Source: an uncultured Clostridium sp. | GTDB taxonomy: Bacteria; Bacillota; Clostridia; TANB77; CAG-508 | Assembly: GCA_947064765.1 (NCBI GenBank) | Contig: CAMSWH010000003.1 | Span: 9,990 to 73,989, forward strand | Direction of reading: 5' to 3' | Length of the DNA: 64,000 nt | Shown: positions 1-9,332 of the stretch, piece after piece | Numbering within the stretch: the stretch's first letter is position 1 | How the letters are laid out: the number at the start of each line of letters is the position of its first letter | Made by a program: the position numbers and the translations under genes | Notes under the pieces: model-generated | The model's input: only the letters and a program-made list of their open reading frames with translations | Database searches by the model: none | What the model was told of the DNA's origin: nothing

Positions 1-450
1 AATATAAGCATCTAATATATCATCTTCAGTTTCAATTACATATGAATTATCTCCTGCATACCCTTTTGTTCCTATTATTTCTGGATGATTTTTTTTGCCT
101 ATTATAATAATAAAAGAACTTTCTTTTTCTCTTTCAACTTTAAAATGTACTGATTTAACATTTCCACATGTTAAGTCAATTATTTCTAATTTTTTTTCAT
201 TTGCTATATCATATCTAATTTTTGGTTCTCCATGAGATCTAAATATTACTTTTGAATTATTTGGTATTTCATCAATATTTTCTACTGTAATCATACCACT
301 TTTCTCTAAAGTTTGTATAACATGTTTATTATGTACAATCTCCCCTAAGCAATATATTTTATCTTCTTTTTTTAAAGATTCTTTTGCTTTTTCTACTGCA
401 TTCCTCACACCTGGACAAAAACCAGCTGTTTTACCAATTATTACTTTCAT
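1..450 (-). CDS. ispH: IspH/LytB 4-hydroxy-3-methylbut-2-enyl diphosphate reductase, N-terminal 150 codons (gene runs off the left edge)
   Basis: Not in the ORF track because it is open at the edge. Reverse translation from CAT 448-450 gives MKVIIGKTAGFCPGVRNAVEKAKESLKKEDKIYCLGEIVHNKHV..., an IspH-type N-terminus (GFCxGV, LGxIVHN). AGGAGG RBS at 455-460. Confidence 0.8.
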   Translation of the reverse strand, partial: MKVIIGKTAGFCPGVRNAVEKAKESLKKEDKIYCLGEIVHNKHVIQTLEKSGMITVENIDEIPNNSKVIFRSHGEPKIRYDIANEKKLEIIDLTCGNVKSVHFKVEREKESSFIIIIGKKNHPEIIGTKGYAGDNSYVIETEDDILDAYI

Positions 451-747
451 ATTTCCTCCTAGTATAATAAGCATATATTTCATTATATATCTTTTTATTT
501 ATTAAAATTTCATGTAATGTTTTTTATTAACTATTGATTTTTAAATTATATAATATTGTATATAGGAAATCAAAGTTTTAGAAGAATAATTCACAAACAA
601 TTTACAATAATTTCAATATATATTTTTAGCACACTTCATGAATTTAGTATTATTTTCGAAAAATTAGTAATAAAAGCAATTTATATGAATATATATTATA
701 ATATCTAACTTTGGTTAGATTGCAAATTTACGAAAGAAGGTATTTTT

Positions 748-852
748 ATGAAAAAAATTTGGTTAGGATTATTATTAATTAGTACAAGTATTAGTTTTAT
801 TATTTTAGGTTACTTATTATATAATTTTGTGGCAATACTTAATACTTTATAA
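748..852 (+). CDS. 34-aa hydrophobic peptide (MKKIWLGLLLISTSISFIILGYLLYNFVAILNTL), hypothetical
   Basis: ATG at 748 preceded by GAAAGAAGG, single predicted TM, TAA at 850-852. Below the ORF-track size cutoff. Confidence 0.3.
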   Translation: MKKIWLGLLLISTSISFIILGYLLYNFVAILNTL

Positions 853-873
853 AATTAATCTCTTAATATAATT

Positions 874-902
874 TTGACATTTTATGTAAATTATATTATA
901 AT
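874..902 (+). promoter_or_regulatory. sigma-A type promoter for the Cys-rich peptide gene
   Basis: TTGACA (874-879), 17-nt spacer, TATAAT (897-902). Both hexamers match consensus exactly. Confidence 0.6.
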
Positions 903-952
903 ATTACTATGATAGTATTTGTCTATTGATTATAAAAAATCGAGGTATGTTT

Positions 953-1159
953 ATGAAAAATGATGCGAATGCAACTACTAAAAACCGGATGGATGCAAAA
1001 CAGATAAATTTTACAGATGCATCTCCCACATATGATGGATTACCCCATGATATTACAGTTACTGACAATCCCCAATCTGTGAAGTGCGGAGGAAACTGCT
1101 CCTGCAAAGGCGGATGCAAAGATGGCGGGCCATGCTGTGGAGGCAAGTGTCATCATTAA
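953..1159 (+). CDS. 68-aa Cys-rich peptide; C-terminal CGGNCSCKGGCKDGGPCCGGKCHH (metallothionein-like or RiPP-precursor-like), function unknown
   Basis: The ORF-track frame 926-1159 starts at TTG. I prefer ATG 953, which lies 7 nt after GAGG (942-945). 8 Cys and 2 His fall in the last 24 residues. The C-terminal coding part is strongly GC-rich (44/78 by hand count). Confidence 0.65.
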   Translation: MKNDANATTKNRMDAKQINFTDASPTYDGLPHDITVTDNPQSVKCGGNCSCKGGCKDGGPCCGGKCHH

Positions 1160-1185
1160 TATCAAATAACATTTTTGGGATATTA

Positions 1186-1225
1186 AAAAGGGCTTTGCTG
1201 GTCTTCCAGCAAAGCTCCTCGCATT
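1186..1225. terminator. bidirectional rho-independent terminator between the Cys-rich peptide gene and uvrC
   Basis: Stem CTTTGCTGG (1193-1201) / CCAGCAAAG (1206-1214), flanked by an A-run upstream and T-rich sequence downstream. Confidence 0.6.
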
Positions 1226-1269
1226 TTATATTTTATAATAACTTTATTTTGTACTTTAAATGTATTTTA

Positions 1270-3057
1270 CTAAAGTTCATTTTTTATTTTTTCTGCTAGA
1301 GCTTTATTAATGCCTTTAACTTCAGATATTTCCTCAATACTTGCTTCTTTTATATTTTTTATGCTTCCAAACTTTTTAAGCAACTCTGTTCTTTTCTTAT
1401 CTCCTATTCCTTCAATATAATCTAACTTTGATTTTGTCATTTCTTTATCTCTAACTTTTCTATGATATTCTATAGCAGTTTTATGAACTTCATCTTGAAG
1501 TGATGTTATAAAGTTGAAAAGATTTTCTGAAATTCTATATTCATTTTTATCTTCATCTACTAATGCTCTCGTAGAATGTTTATCATCTTTTACCATACCA
1601 AATACTGGTATACTAACATTTACATCATTCATGGCATTTTTTATTGCTCTTATTTGCGTAATACCACCATCTGCTAAAATCAAATCTGGCAATGCTCCAA
1701 ATCCACTACTATTAGAATCTTCTATAGAATGCTTTAATCTTCTTGTTACTACTTCTTGCATACATCTTGGATCATCTTGACCATAAACAGTTTTTATTTT
1801 AAATCTTCTTGATAAATTTCTTTTTATTACTCCGTTTTGTGCTACACACATACCTGCAACAATAAACGTTCCAGATATATTTGATATATCAAAACTTTCA
1901 ATTTTATAAGGAATTTCATCTAAATCTAATACATCTCTTAATTCTATTAAAATATCTGTTTTATCTTTTGTTTTATTTTCTAAAGTTATTCTACTATTTA
2001 GTTCTGCCATCTCAACAAATCTTAATTTCTCACCTTTTTGTGGGCTTTTTAATTCTACTTTTCTATTACCTTTATTTGAAAGCCAATTTTCTAAAGCTTC
2101 TTTTTCTTCTAATTTATATCTAAGCATTATTTTACTTGGAAAATCTTTTTTATCCATATAATATTGTTTAATAAATCCAGATACAATTTCGCTTTCTTCC
2201 ATATCTTTTAGTTCATCAAAAAAGTAATGTTCTCTTCCTATCATTTTACTGTTTCGTATAAAGAACATTTCTATACAAACTGTAACTTCATTTTTATATA
2301 GTCCAATTACATCAATATTATTTTCAGAAATATTAGATACTTTTTGTTTTTCAGATATTCTTTCAATCGCTAAAATTCTATCTCTAACGGATGCTGCTTT
2401 TTCAAATTCTAATTTTTCTGAAAGCTCTTCCATTTCCTCTTTCAAATTTTTTATTATACTATCAATTTTTCCATCTAATAATAAACTAATTTGATTAATT
2501 TGATTCTTATATTCTTCTTTAGTAACATATCCCATACAAGGTGCTAAACATTTTTTTATATGGTAATTCAAACAAGCTCTATCTTGATTTCTAAAATTCT
2601 TACATTGTCTTATTTGAAATTTTTCTTTAATAAAACTTACCATTTCTTTTGCAGCCCCTGCGTTAGCATAAGGTCCAAAATATTTTGCACCATCATTTTG
2701 TATTCTTCTAGTTATAAATACACTAGGATAATCTGATTTTACATCTATTTTTATATATGGATATGTTTTATCATCTTTAAGTAATACATTAAATTTAGGT
2801 CTATATTTCTTTATTAAATTACACTCTAAAATCAAAGCTTCATCTTCACTACCAACCACTATATATTCAAAATGGTCTATTAAAGAAACCATTTTTTCTA
2901 TTCTTGGAGTTTTATTATTTTTTCTAAAATATTGTCTAACTCTATTTTTTAGAACGATAGCTTTTCCTACATATATAACATTATCATCTTTATCATGCAT
3001 TAAATAAACTCCTGGTTTTTCAGGAAGCTTTTTTAATTCTTCTTCAATATCAAACAT
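1270..3057 (-). CDS. uvrC: excinuclease ABC subunit C (UvrC)
   Basis: 595 aa. N-terminal GIY-YIG (GVYLMHDKDDNVIYVGKA), a central Cys-containing UvrC region, C-terminal (HhH)2 (GIGDKKRTELLKKFGSIKNIKEASIEEISEVKGI). Confidence 0.95.
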   Translation of the reverse strand: MFDIEEELKKLPEKPGVYLMHDKDDNVIYVGKAIVLKNRVRQYFRKNNKTPRIEKMVSLIDHFEYIVVGSEDEALILECNLIKKYRPKFNVLLKDDKTYPYIKIDVKSDYPSVFITRRIQNDGAKYFGPYANAGAAKEMVSFIKEKFQIRQCKNFRNQDRACLNYHIKKCLAPCMGYVTKEEYKNQINQISLLLDGKIDSIIKNLKEEMEELSEKLEFEKAASVRDRILAIERISEKQKVSNISENNIDVIGLYKNEVTVCIEMFFIRNSKMIGREHYFFDELKDMEESEIVSGFIKQYYMDKKDFPSKIMLRYKLEEKEALENWLSNKGNRKVELKSPQKGEKLRFVEMAELNSRITLENKTKDKTDILIELRDVLDLDEIPYKIESFDISNISGTFIVAGMCVAQNGVIKRNLSRRFKIKTVYGQDDPRCMQEVVTRRLKHSIEDSNSSGFGALPDLILADGGITQIRAIKNAMNDVNVSIPVFGMVKDDKHSTRALVDEDKNEYRISENLFNFITSLQDEVHKTAIEYHRKVRDKEMTKSKLDYIEGIGDKKRTELLKKFGSIKNIKEASIEEISEVKGINKALAEKIKNEL

Positions 3058-3081
3058 ATTATCACCTAATTTTAATTAATC

Positions 3082-3597
3082 TTAATTATCTATATAACCA
3101 ACATATGGTAAATTTCTTCCCTTTTCGTCAACATCAAATCCATATCCTACCACAAATTTATTTGGAATTACAAATCCTGTATAATCTATATCAACATCAA
3201 CTTGTCTTCTTTCCTTTTTATCCATAAATACTGCTATTTTTACACTCTTTGCCTTTTTTGATATTAGATATTCTTTTAAAAATTTTAAAGTATGTCCTGT
3301 ATCAACAATATCTTCAACTATTAAAACATCTCTACCTTCTATACTATTATCTAAATCTTTTTTCATATTAATTTTTCCAGTACTTTCTGTACCTTGATAA
3401 CTTGAAACTTGAACTGTCTCCAACTCTATTGGAGTTTTCATTTTCTTTACTAAATCAACAGTAAAAAATATAGCTCCTTTTAAAACTGAAACTACTACTA
3501 TATCTTTGCCAACATAGTCTTTATCAATTTCTTCTGCTACCTCTTTAATTCTTTCTTGAATTTCTTTTTCTTCATACATTACTTTTAAATTTTCCAT
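3082..3597 (-). CDS. hpt: hypoxanthine phosphoribosyltransferase
   Basis: 171 aa. PRPP-binding loop VLIVEDIVDTGHTL. Typical Hpt length and C-terminal VVGYGFD motif. Confidence 0.9.
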   Translation of the reverse strand: MENLKVMYEEKEIQERIKEVAEEIDKDYVGKDIVVVSVLKGAIFFTVDLVKKMKTPIELETVQVSSYQGTESTGKINMKKDLDNSIEGRDVLIVEDIVDTGHTLKFLKEYLISKKAKSVKIAVFMDKKERRQVDVDIDYTGFVIPNKFVVGYGFDVDEKGRNLPYVGYIDN

Positions 3598-3810
3598 AAA
3601 AACTCCATTTCAATTATTATAAAAATCTTCAATTTTTTAGCAAATTAATTCATATGCAAAAGCTATTAAAAGTTTATTTATTATATCCTCAGTATGTATA
3701 TATTTATATAATAAATATATATGCTATGAAAATTTACTTAATTATTTTTGTATTTCGATTATATTATATTTATTTTCTCGTGTAAACAAGTTTGTTCACA
3801 AAAAATTCAT

Positions 3811-3839
3811 TTGACATTTTTTAATCTTTTACATATTAT
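3811..3839 (+). promoter_or_regulatory. sigma-A type promoter upstream of the glmS ribozyme
   Basis: TTGACA (3811-3816), 17 nt, TATTAT (3834-3839). Confidence 0.55.
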
Positions 3840-3949
3840 AATATAGAAATAGGTATACTAGAAATTAAGCAAATATAAATTATTCATGTATTTGTTTATC
3901 TAGTTTTTGTAAGCTTAAATTTTGAAAGGAGTAAAATTTAAAACAAAGG

Positions 3950-4140
3950 TTAGCGCCAGAACTATTTATATTTTTACATATAATTGTAAAAAATATTTTT
4001 TAGAATAAAAGTTTTATATAAAAATAGTTGACGAGGTTTAGAGTTATCGAAATATTCGGCGGATGCTCTAATGGTACAATTACTACCACAGGTTAAATTA
4101 AAAAATAGTAGCAATACTATAACAGACTTTTAACCAGTAA
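3950..4140 (+). ncRNA. glmS ribozyme (GlcN6P-dependent self-cleaving leader)
   Basis: AGCGCCAGAACT at 3952-3963, GACGAGG at 4030-4036, TCGAAATATTCGGCGGATGC at 4047-4066, P4-like GGTTAAA...TTTAACC. Lies directly upstream of glmS. Long AT-rich P1 insertion at 3964-4029. Confidence 0.85.
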
Positions 4141-4234
4141 TTTTGCTTACACCCTATTTATAAACTAGATTTTATGGCAATTTTATTGTCTTTAAAAATT
4201 ATACTCTAGTTTATTTAAGAAAGGTGGTTTTTTT

Positions 4235-6070
4235 ATGTGTGGAATAGTTGGTTATATAGGAGAAAAACAAGCAAAACCAATATTAATTAATGGTCTTTTA
4301 AGACTAGAATATAGAGGTTATGACTCTGCTGGAATCGCTACTATCGAAAATAGTGGTATTAAAAATATAAAAAATAAAGGTCGTGTTAACGAACTTGAAA
4401 AAATTGATGATATAAATTCTTTAACAGGAACAATAGGAATTGGTCATACTAGATGGGCTACTCATGGTAAACCTTCTAGTGTCAATTCACACCCTCATAT
4501 GGATAATTCAAATAAATTTGCTGTTGTTCATAATGGTATAATCGAAAATTATTCAGGTTTAAGGGACTTCTTAAAATCTCGAAAATATACTTTTTTATCA
4601 GAAACAGATACTGAAGTTATACCAAATCTAATTCATTTTAATTATGAAAGCTCTAAAGAAAAAGGTGAAAAACGTCTTTTATCAGCTGTTATAGATACTT
4701 GTAAAATGTTAAAAGGTAGCTATGCTATTGAAGTTTTATGCTCTGATTTCCCAGACAATATGATTGTAGTTAGAAAAGATAGCCCTTTAGTTATTGGAAA
4801 AGGAAATAATGAAAGCTATATCAGCTCTGATATTCCTGCAATTCTATCTTTTACAAAAGACTTTTATCTTTTAAATGATAATGAATTTGCTTTTATTAGT
4901 AGAAATAATATTGATTTCTATGATGCAAATTCAAATCCCATAAATAAAGAAATTAAAAATATTACTTGGGATGCTGGAGCCGCTGAAAAAGACGGTTATC
5001 CTGACTTTATGTTAAAAGAAATCAATGAACAACCAAAATCAATAAGAGAAACTATTGGTTCTAGACTTCCTGAAAACTCTAATTCTGTTATTCCAGAATT
5101 AGATATAGATAAAAAATTCTTACAAACAATTAATAAAGTTTTTATAATTGCGTGTGGTACAGCTATGCATGCAGGTCTTGCTGGAAAAAATATTTTAGAA
5201 AGTTTATGTGAAATCCCAACAGAAGTTGAAGCTGCATCAGAATTTAGATATAGAAATCCAATACTAAATAAAAATACTCTTTGTATATTTATTAGTCAAT
5301 CTGGTGAAACAGCTGATACTATTGCTGCTTTAAAGCTTGCAAAATTGAAAGGTTCAAAAACTATTGCTATATCAAATGTAGTTGGATCTTCAATTTCAAG
5401 AGAAGCAGATTATACAATTTATACTCATGCTGGTCCTGAAATAGCTGTTGCTTCTACAAAAGCTTATACTGCTCAAATTGTTTTACTTGCAATTCTTGCA
5501 ATCAATTTTGCAGAAAAATTAGAAATAAATAAGGAAAAACTTGAAGAACTAAAAAAAGATATACTTCTTCTACCTTCTAATCTTGAAGAAGTATTAAAAA
5601 ATACAGAAAAAATAAAATCCTTTGCTCAAAATATCTATAAAGAAAAAGATGTATTTTTTATTGGTAGAGGTATTGATTATACTGTTGCAATGGAAGGATC
5701 TTTAAAACTTAAAGAAATTTCATATATACATTCAGAAGCTTATCCTTCTGGTGAATTAAAACATGGGCCTATTGCATTAATAGAAAATGGTGTAACTGTT
5801 ATTTCAGTTTTAACTAATAGACTTTTAGTAGAAAAATCAATTAGTAATATTCAAGAAGTCGTAACTAGAGGAGCAAAAACTTTTATAGTTACTAACCAAG
5901 AATTAAATCATGATTTTGATGAAATAATAAAAATTCCAAAAACAAATATCCTTATCTCTCCTATTCTTTCTGTAGTACCTCTTCAAATTTTAGCATACTA
6001 CATTTCTAAAGAAAAAGGATTAGATGTTGATAAACCTAGAAATCTTGCAAAGTCAGTAACTGTAGAATAA
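4235..6070 (+). CDS. glmS: glutamine--fructose-6-phosphate aminotransferase (isomerizing)
   Basis: 611 aa. MCGIVGY N-terminal nucleophile, two SIS domains, C-terminal KPRNLAKSVTVE. Confidence 0.97.
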   Translation: MCGIVGYIGEKQAKPILINGLLRLEYRGYDSAGIATIENSGIKNIKNKGRVNELEKIDDINSLTGTIGIGHTRWATHGKPSSVNSHPHMDNSNKFAVVHNGIIENYSGLRDFLKSRKYTFLSETDTEVIPNLIHFNYESSKEKGEKRLLSAVIDTCKMLKGSYAIEVLCSDFPDNMIVVRKDSPLVIGKGNNESYISSDIPAILSFTKDFYLLNDNEFAFISRNNIDFYDANSNPINKEIKNITWDAGAAEKDGYPDFMLKEINEQPKSIRETIGSRLPENSNSVIPELDIDKKFLQTINKVFIIACGTAMHAGLAGKNILESLCEIPTEVEAASEFRYRNPILNKNTLCIFISQSGETADTIAALKLAKLKGSKTIAISNVVGSSISREADYTIYTHAGPEIAVASTKAYTAQIVLLAILAINFAEKLEINKEKLEELKKDILLLPSNLEEVLKNTEKIKSFAQNIYKEKDVFFIGRGIDYTVAMEGSLKLKEISYIHSEAYPSGELKHGPIALIENGVTVISVLTNRLLVEKSISNIQEVVTRGAKTFIVTNQELNHDFDEIIKIPKTNILISPILSVVPLQILAYYISKEKGLDVDKPRNLAKSVTVE

Positions 6071-6113
6071 GATAAAAAAGAATTTATAATACTATGCTAA
6101 ATTTCATAAATAA

Positions 6114-6145
6114 TAAAAAGAGGAGATTATATCTCCTCTTTTTAT
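6114..6145. terminator. bidirectional terminator between convergent glmS and the PAS-domain gene
   Basis: AGAGGAGAT (6119-6127) / ATCTCCTCT (6131-6139) with an A-run before and a T-run after. Confidence 0.7.
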
Positions 6146-6159
6146 TATTTATGTATAAA

Positions 6160-6501
6160 TTACATTTGTAAATTTAATTCAAATCTTTCTATAAATCCAA
6201 TCCAATCACCTTTTGAATTTTTTACTCCTTGCATGTATACTCTTTGATTTCGAGTAGTTACACATACAAAAACTTCTTTTCCATTTCTTTTTATACCTTC
6301 ATACCCTTGTTTTATTTTCTCTATTGATTTATCATTACTATGACAGTCAAATAAACTTTTTCCAATTAAATCTTTGTATCCTCTTTCTTGATAGTAATGA
6401 TATTGTGCATTTTGATTCATAAATCTAATAATATAATCATTATCTACAAATACTATTGGATATGGGTAACTATTTAAAATTCCTTCTAATATTTCTTCCA
6501 T
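6160..6501 (-). CDS. small stand-alone PAS-like domain protein
   Basis: 113 aa. The pattern ILNSYPYPIVFVDNDYIIRFMNQNA...GKSLFDCH resembles a PAS fold. No other domain. Confidence 0.5.
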   Translation of the reverse strand: MEEILEGILNSYPYPIVFVDNDYIIRFMNQNAQYHYYQERGYKDLIGKSLFDCHSNDKSIEKIKQGYEGIKRNGKEVFVCVTTRNQRVYMQGVKNSKGDWIGFIERFELNLQM

Positions 6502-6515
6502 TTTTTACTCCATTA

Positions 6516-6749
6516 TTATATATTTATATTTCTCTTTTTAGCTTGTTTAATAAGATAACCATATTTAGCCTCTTCAGCTTTTATCTGATATGAATAATAA
6601 TCAATCAAATCACTATCTGCAAACTGTAAATTATTATACATAGTAGTTAAACTTTCTTTAACAATTTCTATATTTCTTAAAAGCTCTATATTTTTCTCAT
6701 TATCATTTTGTTCATTTATTTTGATTTCTCTAACATATTGATTATACAT
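6516..6749 (-). CDS. YaaL/DUF2508 family protein
   Basis: 77 aa. The C-terminal KAEEAKYGYLIKQAKKRNINI closely resembles the B. subtilis YaaL tail as I remember it. Confidence 0.55.
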   Translation of the reverse strand: MYNQYVREIKINEQNDNEKNIELLRNIEIVKESLTTMYNNLQFADSDLIDYYSYQIKAEEAKYGYLIKQAKKRNINI

Positions 6750-6849
6750 AAATTATCTCCTTGTCCAAAACTAAACGTTAATTATAAAATATTTATAACT
6801 AAGGTCTAATATAGTATTCTATATATATATTTATGCATAATTAAACAAT

Positions 6850-7440
6850 TTATTCATTATTTGGAATAAAATTTTCAATTTCTTTCCATACCGCTTCTGT
6901 ATAGATTTTCCTTTCAGCAGAAAATGGCAATATTGTACTATATGATATTCCTAAAGTTTCTTTTATTCTCTCTACTTCACCAGATACCTTTGTTATTGCT
7001 ATTTTATCAGCTTTATTTGTAACAACTATAAATGGTAAATTACTTCTTAAAATATAATCATACATTAACATATCATCTTCTGTCGGTTTATGCCTAATAT
7101 CTAGTAAAAATACAATTAAAGAAATATTTTTTCCTTCTTCTAAATATTCTTCAATATACTTTCCTGATATTACTTTTTCTGTTTTAGACATTTTACTAAA
7201 ACCATATCCTGGTAAATCTACAAAATAAAATTTTTCATCTATATTATAAAAATTTATTTGTCTAGTTTTTCCAGGAACATTACTTGTTCTTGCTAAACTT
7301 TTTCTATTAATCATTGTATTTACAAAAGAAGACTTCCCTACATTTGATTTTCCCACTAATACTATTTCTGGTAAATCTCCTTTTGGATATTGTTTTTTGC
7401 TTACTGCTGATATTTCAAATTTAGGATTTTTTACTATCAT
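6850..7440 (-). CDS. engB: ribosome biogenesis GTP-binding protein YsxC/EngB
   Basis: G1 GKSNVGKSS, G3 DLPGYG, G4 NKADK. I place the start at ATG 7440 (GGAG 7 nt upstream) rather than the track start 7455. Confidence 0.9.
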   Translation of the reverse strand: MIVKNPKFEISAVSKKQYPKGDLPEIVLVGKSNVGKSSFVNTMINRKSLARTSNVPGKTRQINFYNIDEKFYFVDLPGYGFSKMSKTEKVISGKYIEEYLEEGKNISLIVFLLDIRHKPTEDDMLMYDYILRSNLPFIVVTNKADKIAITKVSGEVERIKETLGISYSTILPFSAERKIYTEAVWKEIENFIPNNE

Positions 7441-7474
7441 AATTTCTCCATTCATTATTGTTTTTATATAATAA

Positions 7475-8758
7475 TTATTTTTTTTCTATTTTTTCTGCTC
7501 CTCCCATATAGCCTTGTAAAACTTTTGGAATACGTATGCTTCCATCTTCTTGATAATTATTTTCTATAACAGCTATTAATCCTCTTGGACTTGCTACTAC
7601 AGTATTATTTAATGTAGCTACTAAATAATTTCCTTTTTCTCCTTTAGCTCTAATTCCTAATCTTCTTGCTTGTGCATCTCCTAATGTAGAACAGCTACCT
7701 ACTTCAAAGTATTTCTTTTGACGTGGACTCCAAGCTTCAACATCACAAGATTTAACTTTCAAATCTGCTAAATCTCCACTGCAACATTCTAATGTTCTTA
7801 CTGGTACATCTAGACTTCTGAAAAATTCTACTGTGTAACTCCACATTTTATTGTACCAATCCATTTGTTCTTCTGGTTTGCAAAGTACAATCATTTCTTG
7901 TTTTTCAAATTGATGAACTCTATATAAGCCTCTTTCTTCTAATCCATGAGAACCTACCTCTTTTCTAAAACATGGAGAATATCCTGTTATAGCTATAGGT
8001 AATTCTTCTTCTTTCACTATTTGACCTTTAAATTTTCCTATCATAGAATGTTCACTTGTACCTATTAAGTAAAGATCTTCACCTTCAATTTTATACATCA
8101 TAGCTTCTAATTCTTCAAAACTCATAACACCATTTACAACATCACTTCTTATCATAAAAGGTGGTATACAATAAGTGAAGCCTTTATTTATCATAAAATC
8201 TCTAGCATATGCAATCATTGCTTCATGTAATCTTGCTACATCTCCTAGTAAATAATAAAATCCATTTCCACTTGTTCTTCCCGCACTTTCTTTATCTAAA
8301 CCACATAAACTTTCAATTATATCTGCATGATATGGTATTTCATAATCTGGAACAACTGGATCTCCAAATTTTTCATTTTCTACATTTTCACTATCATCTT
8401 TTCCTATAGGAACTGATTTATCCATAATATTAGGAATTTTCATCATTCTACTTTTTATTTCTTCTTTTAAGACATCTTCTCTTCCTTCATTTGCTGCTAA
8501 TTTATCATTGATCTCTTGTACTTCTTGTTTTTTGCTTTCTGCTTCTTCTTTTTTTCCTTGTCCCATAAGATTTCCAATTTCTTTACTTATAGAATTTCTT
8601 TTCATACGAAGATCATCACACATTAATGTTAACTCTCTGCTTTCTTTATCTAATTCTAGCACTTCATCAACTAAATTTAATTTATGATCTTGAAATTTTT
8701 TTCTAATATTTTCTTTTACCATTTCTGGATTCTCTCTTAATATTTTTATATCTATCAT
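7475..8758 (-). CDS. serS: serine--tRNA ligase
   Basis: N-terminal coiled-coil arm MIDIKILRENPE..., class II motifs (FRKEVGSHG, GSCSTLGDAQARRL). Start moved to ATG 8758 (GGGGGA RBS). The track start 8785 adds 9 residues. Confidence 0.95.
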   Translation of the reverse strand: MIDIKILRENPEMVKENIRKKFQDHKLNLVDEVLELDKESRELTLMCDDLRMKRNSISKEIGNLMGQGKKEEAESKKQEVQEINDKLAANEGREDVLKEEIKSRMMKIPNIMDKSVPIGKDDSENVENEKFGDPVVPDYEIPYHADIIESLCGLDKESAGRTSGNGFYYLLGDVARLHEAMIAYARDFMINKGFTYCIPPFMIRSDVVNGVMSFEELEAMMYKIEGEDLYLIGTSEHSMIGKFKGQIVKEEELPIAITGYSPCFRKEVGSHGLEERGLYRVHQFEKQEMIVLCKPEEQMDWYNKMWSYTVEFFRSLDVPVRTLECCSGDLADLKVKSCDVEAWSPRQKKYFEVGSCSTLGDAQARRLGIRAKGEKGNYLVATLNNTVVASPRGLIAVIENNYQEDGSIRIPKVLQGYMGGAEKIEKK

Positions 8759-8787
8759 ATTATATCCCCCAATTCTAAAAATCAATT

Positions 8788-9021
8788 TTATTCTTCTATT
8801 AATTCAAATCTATGTTTTTGACCTGTTGTGTTTCCTTCTTTATTACTTACATCATCTTCTTCTAAAAACATTACTTCTGGTCTTGCCCACATATCTCCTG
8901 TTCCTAGATGAGTATAAATAACTAAATTTTCTAAAGTTTCGGAGTGTTTAGCTATTCCTAAAACCTCAACAATATGACCTTTAAAATGTCTATACTTTTT
9001 ACCTACTTCAACTTTTTCCAT
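8788..9021 (-). CDS. DUF1653 domain protein (copy a)
   Basis: 77 aa. YRHFKG...SETLE..VIY..L......W.RP..MF.E.......TGQKHRFE, the DUF1653 signature. Confidence 0.75.
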   Translation of the reverse strand: MEKVEVGKKYRHFKGHIVEVLGIAKHSETLENLVIYTHLGTGDMWARPEVMFLEEDDVSNKEGNTTGQKHRFELIEE

Positions 9022-9032
9022 AACTATTCCTC

Positions 9033-9284
9033 CTATTTTAAATTATAATCTTTTAAATTATCTATACGCTCAAATCTATATTTTTGGCCTGTTACATTAT
9101 CTGGTCTTTCTGGTATTTCTTCTAAAAACATTTTTTCAGATCTCACACAAATTATTTGCGAATTATCTAAATGTTTATATACAACCATTCTTTCTCTTGT
9201 TTCCGAATCTAACCCTACACACATTACATAATAAAATGGTCCTTTAAAATGACGATATACTTCTCCTTCTTTTACTTCATTCAT
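9033..9284 (-). CDS. DUF1653 domain protein (copy b)
   Basis: 83 aa. YRHFKGPFYYV...SETRERMVVYKHL...MFLEE...VTGQKYRFE. Confidence 0.75.
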   Translation of the reverse strand: MNEVKEGEVYRHFKGPFYYVMCVGLDSETRERMVVYKHLDNSQIICVRSEKMFLEEIPERPDNVTGQKYRFERIDNLKDYNLK

Positions 9285-9332
9285 AATTTTTTCCTCCTTT
9301 ATCTTATAATAAACTTATATTAAATTCTTTAT

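Noticed and set aside
953-1159. The Cys-rich peptide might be a SCIFF (six cysteines in forty-five residues) precursor.
   Set aside because: The SCIFF core pattern and length differ, and SCIFF genes sit next to their radical-SAM maturase. None is present within several kb.
3781-3800. AAACAAGTTTGTTCAC upstream of the glmS promoter, and CGAACACGTCTTTT near 18704, might be LexA boxes.
   Set aside because: Neither matches GAAC-N4-GTTC in register. Both are single half-sites in AT-rich DNA, expected by chance.
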